Translations under genes and position numbers: made by a program | Shown: one piece after another, positions 47,296-48,306 of the stretch | Position numbering within the stretch: the stretch's first letter is position 1 | Layout: the number at the start of each line of letters is the position of its first letter | Assembly: GCF_018977255.1 (NCBI RefSeq) | Contig: NW_024705396.1 | Location: 1 to 48,306, forward strand | Length of the DNA: 48,306 nt | Reading direction: 5' to 3' | From: Callorhinchus milii | Taxonomy: Eukaryota | Notes under the pieces: model-generated | Databases searched by the model: none | The model's input: only the letters and a program-made list of their open reading frames with translations | What the model was told of the DNA's origin: nothing

Positions 47296-48306
47296 CTTCA
47301 CGTGGTCCTACGAGAAGATCAACCGGAGCATTGTCCAGGTGTTCACGGGCCAAGTGGTGGAGATCTTCGATGAGGAGTTCCGCATCCTCTATGGCCAGTC
47401 GGAAGCACCGGACAGCAGTTGCAGCCCCAGCCGGGGTATCGCACAGCGGCGTGACATTTGGGACCATCGCTTCCAGCTCGACGGAAGACGCAGGACGCAC
47501 GAGCCCGGGCGTTTGCGCGCGACTCGTCACGCCACGGCTCAAGAAACCCCTACTCGTCCATCAAGGACAGAACCACAAACCCGAGCGTCGCGTCCGGTGA
47601 CAAGGACTTCCTGATGATGTCGTACGATGAGGTTCACGCGAGGAAGAAGTGGCTACAGAAGCAGCGGCGCAACTCCGGCACCCCGACAAGCCCTCGGTGC
47701 TCTTTCGTAATCAGAAGACGCCTGGGGCATTGCAGAGTTCAACTTGCAATGCCTGGAAGCGTCACAGCTATGCTGGGGAGTTAATGGAAAGTAGCAGCAG
47801 CTTTCAAGCAAGCAATATGTTTTTTGAGAGCAGGGATCAGGGAAGCATTCGGCCGACTGGCCGTTGCCAGGACGGTACGGCCGCCAAAATTTGCGAGCCT
47901 GCCCGTTACGGAAGAGTACGCTTGCTAGATGCCGAAAGTCAGAAGTTTAGGGGGCCGGCATTGTTTCTGCAGAGGCAGACCTCTTTACTTTGTGAAGGCT
48001 CCCACGAGGGTTCCGTGACATATTCACACCAGGAGAGCTGCGAATTCACAACACATCACAACTTGGACAAATGCAGCAAGCTGTCGTCTTCCTCGAGGGA
48101 GGTGAAGGTAGGGTCGCAGTTTCTGAGCAGTGTTGGCAAACCAGAAGGCAATACCTCTGGCCGGCTGTACGCAATGCCACCGCAGTTCCACGAACACAGA
48201 CGGTCCAACGGTGAGCACGCCAACACGAGTGCCACAGAAGGCAGGGAATGGCTACAAAAGTCAACTCTGACCACAAATTAAGACCCAACCCTTACTTTGA
48301 CAAGAA
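47296..48306 (+). pseudogene. FAM83B: FAM83B-like large exon, 5' part, frameshifted
   Basis: CAG| then SFTWSYEKINRSIVQVFTGQVVEIFDEEFRILYGQS (F-x-x-x-F CK1-binding motif). That frame stops at 47614. AWKRHSYAGE and SSSSRE occur in another frame, which stops at 48281. Confidence 0.8.

Overview
Repeat-rich non-mammalian vertebrate genomic DNA (V-SINEs, Rex1 LINE and spliced FAM83/USP exons; a cyclostome or fish is a guess). It has four parts. (1) 1-16653 is a tandemly amplified cassette. It carries a minus-strand, intron-containing USP36/USP42-like deubiquitinase pseudogene, a Penelope-like retroelement end with minimal hammerhead ribozymes, a Helitron end, minisatellites, SINEs and a piggyBac-like MITE. 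An older, diverged second unit starts at ~11824. (2) A 30-N gap (16654-16683) is followed by ~9.4 kb (16684-26070) that looks statistically random, with no repeats, homology or credible ORFs. It is most likely artificial filler or scrambled sequence, and I cannot support any biological system in it. (3) 26071-39203 is a near-identical second copy of 47-12992. It lacks the Helitron-associated 1.1-kb duplication and has gained an almost intact Rex1/Babar LINE, which deleted ~610 bp of target and left a 17-bp fold-back. (4) 39204-48306 holds two LTR remnants and a FAM83B-like gene whose 3' half (minus strand) and DUF1669 exons (plus strand) point away from each other, as if split by an inversion. 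All family assignments are from motif recognition by eye; no database searches were run.
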